Below, one piece after another: positions 21,377 through 30,231 of a DNA stretch of 64,000 nt. Every line of letters begins with the position of its first letter. Positions within the stretch are counted from its first letter, which is position 1. The translations under genes and the position numbers were made by a program. Below the pieces are notes generated by a model, which worked only from the letters and a program-made list of their open reading frames with translations, was not told where the DNA came from and searched no databases. The stretch is from the IMG/VR virus record IMGVR_UViG_3300030329_001359, positions 32,001-96,000 of that record; one strand, written 5' to 3'. This DNA comes from a virus.

Positions 21377-21696
21377 TTTTTCTTCTTTTTTGCAAAAGGA
21401 TTTATATTTTTTTCGTACCATTTTAGTTCTGCTTCCATTTCTTGATAACGTTGTTGTTCTTCTTCTATATGTTTTTCAACTAATTCTGTAATTGTATTAT
21501 TTGCATCTGACATTTCTCTTTCTAACTCAGTAATTCTCTGAATGACTGAATAATATGAATACACCAATCCCGCAATAACGACAGCTGACTGAAGTAACCA
21601 TTTAATATTAATAGATATAATGGCGTTATCATCAACGACTGAACCTCTATAACTTCGTGCTGTTTCAGGTTTTCCACTCAAAGCACCATCCACCAA
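21373..21696 (-). CDS. Membrane-anchored coiled-coil protein (lysis-associated candidate)
   Basis: TM WLLQSAVVIAGLVYSYY then coiled coil and basic tail; start uncertain. Confidence 0.5.
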   Translation of the reverse strand: MVDGALSGKPETARSYRGSVVDDNAIISINIKWLLQSAVVIAGLVYSYYSVIQRITELEREMSDANNTITELVEKHIEEEQQRYQEMEAELKWYEKNINPFAKKKKK

Positions 21697-21968
21697 GCCA
21701 TAGCTGTTTCAACTATTAAATCTGAAGCTGTATTATAAGCCCATTTCTTTTTAGAACCATAAGGTCTCCAATCTTCAATTATCCATTCAAATATTTCCCA
21801 TAATACACCAATAATAAAGACACCCATTACACACCAAAAATCACTCCAATGTAGCCATTGAAATATCTTGCATAAAAACGCACCTGCAGCAATATGATAC
21901 GCTGTCCAACCATCAAGTTGACCAGTTCTTTGTTGCCATGATACTAATTTTGCTATTGGATTATTCAT
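21678..21968 (-). CDS. Small multi-pass membrane protein
   Basis: Likely start MNNPIAK; DGWTAYHIAAG..GVLWEIFEW..ASDL with hydrophobic helices. Confidence 0.6.
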   Translation of the reverse strand: MNNPIAKLVSWQQRTGQLDGWTAYHIAAGAFLCKIFQWLHWSDFWCVMGVFIIGVLWEIFEWIIEDWRPYGSKKKWAYNTASDLIVETAMAWWMVL

Positions 21969-22069
21969 AATAGCTTTTTCCTTTATATTTTTAAAGTCAC
22001 ATTTAAATTCATTTTCTACATCTCTATGAGGAAATTTTTTCCCCAATCTAGCTAAACGAGTTCTTCTGC

Positions 22070-22390
22070 TCACCCTCTGTAAGCTATGCACGTTGCTGTG
22101 GAATTTGTATGATTAATGATGCCACTAAAATTACCATAAAATATCTCACCTGGCACCATATAAAACCAACTTGTAATGCTATCTCCAATGTTTGAATTAA
22201 CTTTTAATTGTAAAAATTCAACAGCCGCGTCACCACCACCTTTACCAAGTGCTTGTATTGCTATCCAATTGCCACTATCGGGTTCTGATGTATTTGTATC
22301 ATGTTCTGCAATTACGTCAAATCCTAACTGCCCTATAGCTAAAGAAGTAGCTTCTGCTGCTGTATACTTTCTCATTCCTTTTTGAGCCAT
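22070..22390 (-). CDS. Putative virion structural protein (106 aa)
   Basis: Beta-rich with WIAIQAL and PGEIFYGNF, in the tail fibre block. Confidence 0.45.
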   Translation of the reverse strand: MAQKGMRKYTAAEATSLAIGQLGFDVIAEHDTNTSEPDSGNWIAIQALGKGGGDAAVEFLQLKVNSNIGDSITSWFYMVPGEIFYGNFSGIINHTNSTATCIAYRG

Positions 22391-22391
22391 A

Positions 22392-22841
22392 TTAAACCTT
22401 TATATGTTTAGACACTTCTTCAGTACCTTTATATTTAGGAACTATCCTTGACAATAATTCCGATTTAGTTTCACTAGAACTATAAGAAATTCCTCGTTTA
22501 TCATAAAAATCTTTTATTTTTGCTTTAGTATTATCCATAGTAGGATAATCTGATTGACTTGTAGCTACTCCATTAATCAAATGATGACCTCCTACTACTA
22601 ACCTACCATGTCCATCATCATGCTTTTTTTTACATTCTGATACATAGTATTCTTCTGCAACTTTAAAGCTATTACTTTTCTTTGCTACAGTTCCATCTAC
22701 ATCTACAAAATAATCATAAGACGAAGGGTAAGCCAGAGTCTCTTTCGTTCCATCTGGATATGTTTTTACTCGGGTTGCTCCTGGGGTTGTATTTTTATGG
22801 AGTCTTACTCGATGACCCTGACTACACCTTCTTACAATCAT
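22392..22841 (-). CDS. Hypothetical protein with C-terminal HeH/LEM-like motif
   Basis: TKAKIKDFYDKRGISYSSSETKSELLSRI resembles phage HeH/LEM/SAP-type domains. Confidence 0.45.
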   Translation of the reverse strand: MIVRRCSQGHRVRLHKNTTPGATRVKTYPDGTKETLAYPSSYDYFVDVDGTVAKKSNSFKVAEEYYVSECKKKHDDGHGRLVVGGHHLINGVATSQSDYPTMDNTKAKIKDFYDKRGISYSSSETKSELLSRIVPKYKGTEEVSKHIKV

Positions 22842-23107
22842 GCTTCTGCTTCTACCTCTTCAGGTTCTAAAGCTTTTTTAAGATCTGCAAAACCTTTTTG
22901 AAACTTCTCTACAAATACTTTTTCACATTCAACTAATTGTTGTCTCATGAAAGCATTTGTATTCAGCTTATTTTGTATGTCTCTTACATGGTCTTGGTCT
23001 AATGCAACCTGACCTGCAAGTTTTTTTTGTGAATCAGTCATATCATCGATAAAAAAGTCTTCTCCATCGAGTTTTAAGACTGGCTTTTCTTTTTGTTCTT
23101 TAGCCAT
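22838..23107 (-). CDS. Hypothetical protein (89 aa), tail-fibre associated
   Basis: Strong SD; LKLDGEDFFIDDMTD followed by coiled coil. Confidence 0.6.
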   Translation of the reverse strand: MAKEQKEKPVLKLDGEDFFIDDMTDSQKKLAGQVALDQDHVRDIQNKLNTNAFMRQQLVECEKVFVEKFQKGFADLKKALEPEEVEAEA

Positions 23108-23129
23108 TTCGTGACTCCTTGTTAGTTAA

Positions 23130-23414
23130 TTAAAGTTTTTTGAAATCTGCTATTGCTTTTGCTAATTCATCACTTTCTGCTTTTGCTCTTGCCATATCTT
23201 TATCATAACGAGCCTTTTCTCCTTCTAAATCAGATAGAGACCATTCTCGTTTTGAATCATCTAAGGCTTCGCCAGTTTCACTATCAAAGCGTTTCTGAGC
23301 TAAGACAACATGAGCTTGTTTTGTTACATTGTCATCGCTATCTTTTTCTTCAGCAACCTTTTCAAATGCAACCTTCTTTGCAGTTTTTAGTGTACTATAT
23401 TTAGACCATCTCAT
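23130..23414 (-). CDS. Hypothetical protein (94 aa)
   Basis: Co-oriented, gap-filling ORF. Confidence 0.6.
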   Translation of the reverse strand: MRWSKYSTLKTAKKVAFEKVAEEKDSDDNVTKQAHVVLAQKRFDSETGEALDDSKREWSLSDLEGEKARYDKDMARAKAESDELAKAIADFKKL

Positions 23415-23416
23415 TA

Positions 23417-23656
23417 TTAATCCTTTTTACTATCTTCATACGCTTTTTTAACTGCATCTGTCCATAGACTATTTGCCAATGCTTTTAATTCATCAGATTC
23501 ACCACTTACATCAGCATCTGGCATAAATGATGTTCGGTTATATGAAAATGATATTTCTTTACCATCTTCTTCAATCGCAGTTCTTTTTCGTTGCTGAATA
23601 ATTTTGTACTCACCACGAACTTCATAATCGTATGTTACTTTCTTTTCTAAAGCCAT
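23417..23656 (-). CDS. Putative tail fibre assembly chaperone
   Basis: IEEDGKEISFSYNR..DVSGES..LWTDAVKKAY; this gene type typically follows fibres ending in a DDYEEG domain. Confidence 0.55.
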   Translation of the reverse strand: MALEKKVTYDYEVRGEYKIIQQRKRTAIEEDGKEISFSYNRTSFMPDADVSGESDELKALANSLWTDAVKKAYEDSKKD

Positions 23657-23729
23657 TCTAACTCCTTGTTGTTATTCGTTTCCAACTATATATCTATATA
23701 GTATTGAATTATAAATCTTTGATAGTTTA

Positions 23730-26700
23730 TTATACAGTATAAGTAACATCAACAGCAACCGCCCAAGCCCCATCTACATCTGACTCATCTAAATAATTTC
23801 TATCTCCATTATCTTCAATTTCTACTAAAGTAAAAAATGCTTCACCTTCTTCAATCGAAACCATCACAGTTCCATCTATCGTTCCTCCGTGATTATACAA
23901 TACACAGCTTCCATACGACCTTGCTCCTAACCCAGTTGCATTTCCTGATGTAAACGGCAACGAAACTCGAATTGTTCCCGATGAAGAGTTGTCTGAATCA
24001 ATACTAAGAAGTCCTTGCACATGAACAAGCCTACCTATTTTTGTATATCGAAAAATATCATTTGTACTATTTACAACAAAATTGCCAGAGGTTGTTCCAG
24101 TCACAGTAGCCGTGTGTTCACCTTCTTCATAATCGTCTTGCACATTTGCTCCACCGCTTGCTGATTGAGTTGCTGGAAATGATACACCAGAACAATGAAC
24201 ATGAGCACCACCATCTGAACCTGCATAAACATTCAATATAGATGCATTACCAAGTGTTACTGAGTTGTCTCCAACGCCTTGTGCATCTCTACCAATGACA
24301 ACTTGATTTGTAGAGTCAGCGGCAGATGTTCTTGCATTATCTCCTATGACTATATTTTGAGTACCACTTGTCAACTGTACTGTATCGTGTCCTGCTTGAT
24401 GCCCAATTAAAATATTTAAAGCCCCTGTAACTCCATAACCAGCCCTATATCCTACCGCCACATTCCCATTGCCACAATTTGCAGATAAGGATTGATAGCC
24501 AACGGCAGTATTAAGTCCTCCATCATCAGTTGCATCTAAACATTGATACCCCACAGCAGTGTTCCCAGCACCAGAAGTAATCGCATTTCCTGCCGCATAT
24601 CCCACTGCAACTGTCCCATCAGCGGCAGAAGTCAGGTTTGCTCCACCAGCATCTCTCCCAATTATGACTGCATTATCTACGTCTGTTGTGGCACTTCCTG
24701 CGGCTTGTCCGATGATGACATTGCCCCCTCCAGAAGTAACTGCTACTCCTGCACTTGCACCAAGTGCTACATTATTATCGCCTGTAGTCAATGCACCTAA
24801 AGAATGTCTCCCTATTGCGACATTGTAATTTGCCCCATCAAGAGCCGCATCCATAGTATAATTTCCAATAGCAACATTATAACTTGATGCTGTATCAGCC
24901 CATGTACCACCACCAGAATCAACTCCAATAAATATATTTTCGGTGCTACCTAATGAATTATTACCAGCATTGGTATCATCCATTGCACCATAGCCGATAG
25001 CCATATTGTATCCACCAGTCGTATGAACTAAACCAGCGTTGTGACCAATAAAAGTTGAGTATCCAGCGGTTGTGAGAGCATTCATAGCCGCATATCCAAG
25101 TGCTGTATTACCAATTCCAGATGTTAAACTTTCACCAGCATCACGCCCCACAATAGTTGTTCCATTAGCATTGTTGTGATTGATGGCTGTTCCAGCATTG
25201 CGACCTATAAGCACACAATCAGATGTTGTAGTTATCGCATCTCCTGCGTTTACTCCAATAACTGTATTTGAACCGCCTGTACTAAGAGATAACAAAGCAT
25301 TTGTTCCGAGGGCTATATTATTATCACCTTGAGTCAATGCATTTAAGGTTGCATATCCAACGGCTGTATTATTAGTAGCATCATCTAAGGTTGCACCACC
25401 AGCAGAAACATAACCTATAAAAGTATTATAATTTGTACCTGCATCTATGTTTAAACCTGCGGAATGCCCGAAGACTGTATTCTGTGTACCAGCATCATTA
25501 TTAGATAGTGAGATTCGGGAGTTGATGTCAAATTTTGCAACAGATGTGAAAGTAAAAGTACCAGTACCAGTTGCGGCACTTCCAAATGTATGAACTCCAC
25601 CTGCTTGGATATATTCACTTGCTTCATCATCACTTATTTTTGTCCAAGCAGAACCACTATGATAAGCATTTTGTAATATTTTTAATTCGCCACTTGCACC
25701 AGCAGATGTTGTTGCTTCGATTGCTCCATTACCACCAATTTGGACAGCAGACATAGCACTATTCCAAGTTTGTGGCGTAACTCCAATTCCGACATTGCCT
25801 GAACTATCAATTCTCATTCTTTCAGTCCAACTACCAGAACCATCAGCAGTGGTCAGGAATCTAATCCTACCCGGCATATCATTTGCTCCGGGTGTACCAT
25901 CTACCTGTATTTGAATACCACCAGCAAATGAATTAAAATCCCCATCTCCGTCATAACCATATGCTTGAGCTTGCCACAAAGTGTCTCCATCCTGAACAAT
26001 CGCTGGAGAAGCCTTTGAACCACGGGCATGTCTTCCCGCAAAATTAGGTTGACCAGCATCATTTCTATACGATGTAACAAATATTTCTGATGGCCCCCCA
26101 TCCTTTACTAATTCCAGTTCAGCCGCTGGAGAATTTGTATTAATTCCAATGTTGCCATCAGCAGTAATTCTCATTTTTTCAGTTTCAGTATCATCCTTAG
26201 ATGTTTTAAAACTTATAAAAGCAGACCTTGTGCTTGAGCCTGAAAAATTCTCTTCTCTTCCAACTTGTATTTTAGCGGCTGTTCCACCATTATGTCTAAA
26301 TCTAAACCCAACTAATTCATCTGTTGAATCTCCAGCGGCACTATTATCAAGAATTATTTCTGTAGCACCACCATCTGATGCACTTACGATATGAAGAATA
26401 TCACCTGGTGCTTTTGTGCCGATTCCAGTATGTCCCGACTCATTTACATATATTCCATTACCATCATCTGGGTTATCATCAATACCAAAATACGCAGTAT
26501 CTGCTGAGTTTAATAATAGCCCCATGTAAGCGGCTTTACTGGAGTGACCAACTCGTATTATTGAATGTTCTCCATTAGCATCTATCGCACTTTGAAAATT
26601 CGCTACTGTTACATCTGAATTTGCTGTAGTTTCGACATCTAATTTAAAATCGGGGCTTGTATCGCCAATTCCGACATTGCCCAATGCATCGAAGCGTACC

Positions 26701-28358
26701 CTCTCAATTAAACTTCCACCTTTAGACCTTCTTCCTGCGGGGTCGGTTGTTCCTCCGGGTTGAGTATAAAAAGCAAGACCACCAGCATATGAAACATTAC
26801 CTGAATTAGTATACATATCAACGCCTGCGATATATCCTTGAGTCCAGTAATCAGAACCATTGTAGGTACGAAACTCAAGTAACCCTCCAGGATTATCCGT
26901 AGCACTTTGTTGGTTTATAATCAATCCAGGTTTTTCTGAGCCATATGTTGTAACAGTTCCTTGTGCTACGCCAACTATATCAAGGCTACCCTCTGGATCA
27001 TTGATACCAATACCGACATTGCCATTAGAACCAATTCTCATCCTTTCACTTGGAGTTGCAGAACCATCAGGCGAGGTTTTAAAAACCAAATCTGCTGGCA
27101 TATCTGTGCCTGTTGATGATGTTGCTATACTAACAGCAGTTATTTCAGCCCCGAACCTATCGTTTGAACCATCAAAACCAGAAAAGTATAATGTACCTAA
27201 TAGGTCTCCACCAGCAGTATTAATTGCTGACCTACTACCAACCGAACCTCTGGCTTTTGCAAAATGTAAGACCGGTCCTGTTACAGTATTTCCAGACATT
27301 TCCATTGTAATATTTCCTGCAACGGCAGCAACACCAGTTGCAACGTGAAGCCCTGTTGCTTGTATTGCAGATGCCGCTGAACCAATATTGACATTACCAT
27401 TATGGTCAATGGTCATTCTCGCATCAAGTGTAGCACTACTATTATCTGTTGTATGAAAAACTAACTTAGTACCTTCAGCACTACCCTCAGTCCACGCTTC
27501 AGTTGTTAATGCTTCTATTCTTGCACCATATCCAAAGTTTGAATGAGCATTCTCTGTTCCTACAAATGAAATTTGCCCTAACCTTTCTCCAGATGTTATC
27601 GTACTATCATTTCTAATTATATTTATACCAGCACCAGAAGTTGAAGATAAGGATAAGGTGTCTTGTGGATTTGAATGTCCGACACCTATATTTGCCCCAG
27701 TAAAATAAAAAGAACCAGCACCAGTATAAAATTGCATTCCATTAGCATTATTATAACTATTAAAGTACCCCCAACCATTATCATCGTAACATCCAGTCAG
27801 TATGTAATTATCACCAGAACCATGAATTTTCAACCTTTTAGTTGTTCCCTCACTTGTAAGACCGACTCCATCAATATCAATAGCATATCCTGTACTATCT
27901 TGTGTAATCTTTAATGCTGTAGCACCAGTTGCACTTGCATGGTCATTATGTACAAGCATCACATTTCGAGTATTAGTATCAGATGAATTACTTGCAACTC
28001 TTAAAGCATTTGCAGTAGTTAAACTATCTGCATCTATGTTGACAGCATCTCCAGAGGTATTAGTTGCACTTACATTAATAGCCTGTTGATTTGTTCCTTC
28101 GTGGTCTATATTTAAGGCTATAGCATTCGCATTTTGGTCAATCAAAACAGCAGTACCAGCACCTGTATTTTGTTCTACCTCAAAAGCAGTACTTGCGGCA
28201 GTATTAGTAATCTTCATATCTCCAGTTAATACTTCTGAATATGAAAATCCTCCACCACCATTTACAGTTAAATCACCATCAATGGTAACATCACCAGATA
28301 TTGTACCCCCTGCCGAGCCTATGTCATGTGTAATTGCGTCTGCGAAACCTCTATTCAT
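23730..28358 (-). CDS. Tail fibre / receptor-binding protein (1542 aa)
   Basis: Repeated ERMRI-x-GNVGIG modules, many N(T/V/I)A(V/I/L)G beta-roll repeats and a C-terminal DDYEEG..YTKIGRLVHV domain. Confidence 0.85.
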   Translation of the reverse strand: MNRGFADAITHDIGSAGGTISGDVTIDGDLTVNGGGGFSYSEVLTGDMKITNTAASTAFEVEQNTGAGTAVLIDQNANAIALNIDHEGTNQQAINVSATNTSGDAVNIDADSLTTANALRVASNSSDTNTRNVMLVHNDHASATGATALKITQDSTGYAIDIDGVGLTSEGTTKRLKIHGSGDNYILTGCYDDNGWGYFNSYNNANGMQFYTGAGSFYFTGANIGVGHSNPQDTLSLSSTSGAGINIIRNDSTITSGERLGQISFVGTENAHSNFGYGARIEALTTEAWTEGSAEGTKLVFHTTDNSSATLDARMTIDHNGNVNIGSAASAIQATGLHVATGVAAVAGNITMEMSGNTVTGPVLHFAKARGSVGSRSAINTAGGDLLGTLYFSGFDGSNDRFGAEITAVSIATSSTGTDMPADLVFKTSPDGSATPSERMRIGSNGNVGIGINDPEGSLDIVGVAQGTVTTYGSEKPGLIINQQSATDNPGGLLEFRTYNGSDYWTQGYIAGVDMYTNSGNVSYAGGLAFYTQPGGTTDPAGRRSKGGSLIERVRFDALGNVGIGDTSPDFKLDVETTANSDVTVANFQSAIDANGEHSIIRVGHSSKAAYMGLLLNSADTAYFGIDDNPDDGNGIYVNESGHTGIGTKAPGDILHIVSASDGGATEIILDNSAAGDSTDELVGFRFRHNGGTAAKIQVGREENFSGSSTRSAFISFKTSKDDTETEKMRITADGNIGINTNSPAAELELVKDGGPSEIFVTSYRNDAGQPNFAGRHARGSKASPAIVQDGDTLWQAQAYGYDGDGDFNSFAGGIQIQVDGTPGANDMPGRIRFLTTADGSGSWTERMRIDSSGNVGIGVTPQTWNSAMSAVQIGGNGAIEATTSAGASGELKILQNAYHSGSAWTKISDDEASEYIQAGGVHTFGSAATGTGTFTFTSVAKFDINSRISLSNNDAGTQNTVFGHSAGLNIDAGTNYNTFIGYVSAGGATLDDATNNTAVGYATLNALTQGDNNIALGTNALLSLSTGGSNTVIGVNAGDAITTTSDCVLIGRNAGTAINHNNANGTTIVGRDAGESLTSGIGNTALGYAAMNALTTAGYSTFIGHNAGLVHTTGGYNMAIGYGAMDDTNAGNNSLGSTENIFIGVDSGGGTWADTASSYNVAIGNYTMDAALDGANYNVAIGRHSLGALTTGDNNVALGASAGVAVTSGGGNVIIGQAAGSATTDVDNAVIIGRDAGGANLTSAADGTVAVGYAAGNAITSGAGNTAVGYQCLDATDDGGLNTAVGYQSLSANCGNGNVAVGYRAGYGVTGALNILIGHQAGHDTVQLTSGTQNIVIGDNARTSAADSTNQVVIGRDAQGVGDNSVTLGNASILNVYAGSDGGAHVHCSGVSFPATQSASGGANVQDDYEEGEHTATVTGTTSGNFVVNSTNDIFRYTKIGRLVHVQGLLSIDSDNSSSGTIRVSLPFTSGNATGLGARSYGSCVLYNHGGTIDGTVMVSIEEGEAFFTLVEIEDNGDRNYLDESDVDGAWAVAVDVTYTV

Positions 28359-28368
28359 TATTTACTCC

Positions 28369-28704
28369 TTACATATGTACAATTTTTAAATATTTAGCAG
28401 AAGCTGATGTTGCTTGTTTTGCATGGAATATTATTGTATCACCAACACCTCTAGGGACTTTTAGAAATACTAATGTATTAGCTGGTATTGTTGGGTCGTT
28501 ATTAGCTGAGATAGTATCAGACGTTGATGAATCAAATCTAAATAAAATTTCTGATTCACTTTCAATGCATATTTGATTTGCGGCACTAACATCTGAAGTT
28601 ACATGAGCAGCTGAACTAATTGTTAATCTATCTTGAACGTCCCACCCTGCTGCTGTATCTACATTTAAAGATTCGTGGGCCCTGAATTTTTGAAGTGTTG
28701 CCAT
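28369..28704 (-). CDS. Putative virion structural protein (111 aa)
   Basis: Strong SD; directly upstream of the fibre gene. Confidence 0.5.
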   Translation of the reverse strand: MATLQKFRAHESLNVDTAAGWDVQDRLTISSAAHVTSDVSAANQICIESESEILFRFDSSTSDTISANNDPTIPANTLVFLKVPRGVGDTIIFHAKQATSASAKYLKIVHM

Positions 28705-28775
28705 TTACTTCTCCTTTTAATTTAATGCTTGTCTTGCGAGGCGAGAATGCTCCTTATACAAGCACATTAATTTAA

Positions 28776-29462
28776 TTACCTTACTGCAAAATTACTAACA
28801 GGAAATGTTATTGATATTTTCCTTCTATTACTTTGGTCATCTGCAATCTTTTTATAAAAATCTCTCATAAAATATTCTTTCATATTAATATCACCTTGCT
28901 CTAATGCTACTTGAGCTTTAATATAATCTATAACAGCTAATGATAATAATCTGTTTAAATTCATATGTGATGTTTCGTCAACACTTGAATCTGCTACAGG
29001 TTTAGGTATTTGATATACAGTAATACTTTCTCCAGCTGATTCTGCTGTAAATGTAGAAGATGCAAAAACAAGAGTGTTGCTACCTGAGCTTATTGATGTA
29101 TAAACACCATCATTGCTAGCTGAACCTATAATTCTTACTTTATCACCAGTAGCAAATCCATCGCTAGTACCAGCTCCTGTAATAGTAGTTGTAGAAAATG
29201 ATATATCAGTCCCAGATGCTCTTTTAGTTGTATCTTCTAATGACTCAGATATAAATGGCTCATATAAAGCTGTGTATTCAACTCTAAGACCATTAGTTAT
29301 ATCCTCATTAGGATAAATAAGTTGACTACCGTAAAACTCAGAAGGAAGCTTTACTCTATAATTAGCTACTGTATCGCTAGCCGCTGTTTCAACCCATTGC
29401 CATAAATGTACTTTTCTACCATACAACTCATAGAACCAATTTCTATCTGTATCGTAACTCAT
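28776..29462 (-). CDS. Head-tail adaptor-like protein, C-terminal piece
   Basis: LIYP..GLRVEY and C-terminal helices LSLAVIDYIKAQ..KEYFMRDF as in podovirus adaptor proteins. Confidence 0.5.
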   Translation of the reverse strand: MSYDTDRNWFYELYGRKVHLWQWVETAASDTVANYRVKLPSEFYGSQLIYPNEDITNGLRVEYTALYEPFISESLEDTTKRASGTDISFSTTTITGAGTSDGFATGDKVRIIGSASNDGVYTSISSGSNTLVFASSTFTAESAGESITVYQIPKPVADSSVDETSHMNLNRLLSLAVIDYIKAQVALEQGDINMKEYFMRDFYKKIADDQSNRRKISITFPVSNFAVR

Positions 29463-29740
29463 TATTCAGGGTCTGTATCTTCTCTCATAACAGATTCAGA
29501 ACCTAGTCTTCTGATTCTTTTATATTTTTTATCATTAGTATCTTTTACAGATATTGATTTTACAGCAATAACGTCATTAGGAAGATGATACTCTCTTTGA
29601 CCATCTATGATATTTTGTTTGTCTTCTACTAATTCTTCAAAATTACCAGATTTAATTATATTAATAGCGTCTTCTATCCATGACTTAACCAATAAAGTAT
29701 TTTTACCGCCAGTACGTTCCATTACTTCTAATACAGTCAT
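29462..29740 (-). CDS. Head-tail adaptor-like protein, N-terminal piece
   Basis: MTVLEVMER..WIEDAINII..DGQREYHLPNDVIAVKSI resembles an adaptor N-terminus. Confidence 0.5.
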   Translation of the reverse strand: MTVLEVMERTGGKNTLLVKSWIEDAINIIKSGNFEELVEDKQNIIDGQREYHLPNDVIAVKSISVKDTNDKKYKRIRRLGSESVMREDTDPE

Positions 29741-30228
29741 TATTGACCAGCTATCATTACGTTAACAGTTGCTTCTCTTGACCCATTGCTATAATTAGCG
29801 TCATGAATTCCAACAGAACCTACAGCTTCTCCCATATGCATAGGTATAACTACTGATTCACCAGGTGTCAAAGCTGCGAATATCTCACCACTAACTGTTA
29901 CATTAACAACACTATCAGAACCTAATTGAGATACATATTCAACAGCTACTACATATGCAGTTGCAGGAATTGTACCATCAGTCACATCAGACGCTTCTGT
30001 CCATCCACTATCATTTAAGTAATCTACTGATGTTGCTGACACAACAACATTTTTCCAATAACATACATCATCATCATTATAAGCTGTTGATATATTATAA
30101 TTTCCTCCCCATGTCCTTGAATCTGCGTTCCCATCTAATATTTTATGAGTATAAGATATTCCTTGTACTGTTACATCATTATCTTGAACCACTTCACAAG
30201 ATGTATGAATTCTTATTTGGTTTGCCAT
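29740..30228 (-). CDS. Putative virion structural protein (162 aa)
   Basis: Beta-rich with LTPGESVVIP, in the structural block. Confidence 0.45.
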   Translation of the reverse strand: MANQIRIHTSCEVVQDNDVTVQGISYTHKILDGNADSRTWGGNYNISTAYNDDDVCYWKNVVVSATSVDYLNDSGWTEASDVTDGTIPATAYVVAVEYVSQLGSDSVVNVTVSGEIFAALTPGESVVIPMHMGEAVGSVGIHDANYSNGSREATVNVMIAGQ

Positions 30229-30231
30229 ATT

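Noticed and set aside
23685-23702. ACTATATATCTATATAGT inverted repeat after the fibre gene
   Set aside because: AT-rich stem without a U-tract; no function can be supported.
23730-28358. Diversity-generating retroelement acting on the fibre
   Set aside because: No reverse transcriptase and no template/variable repeat pair seen.
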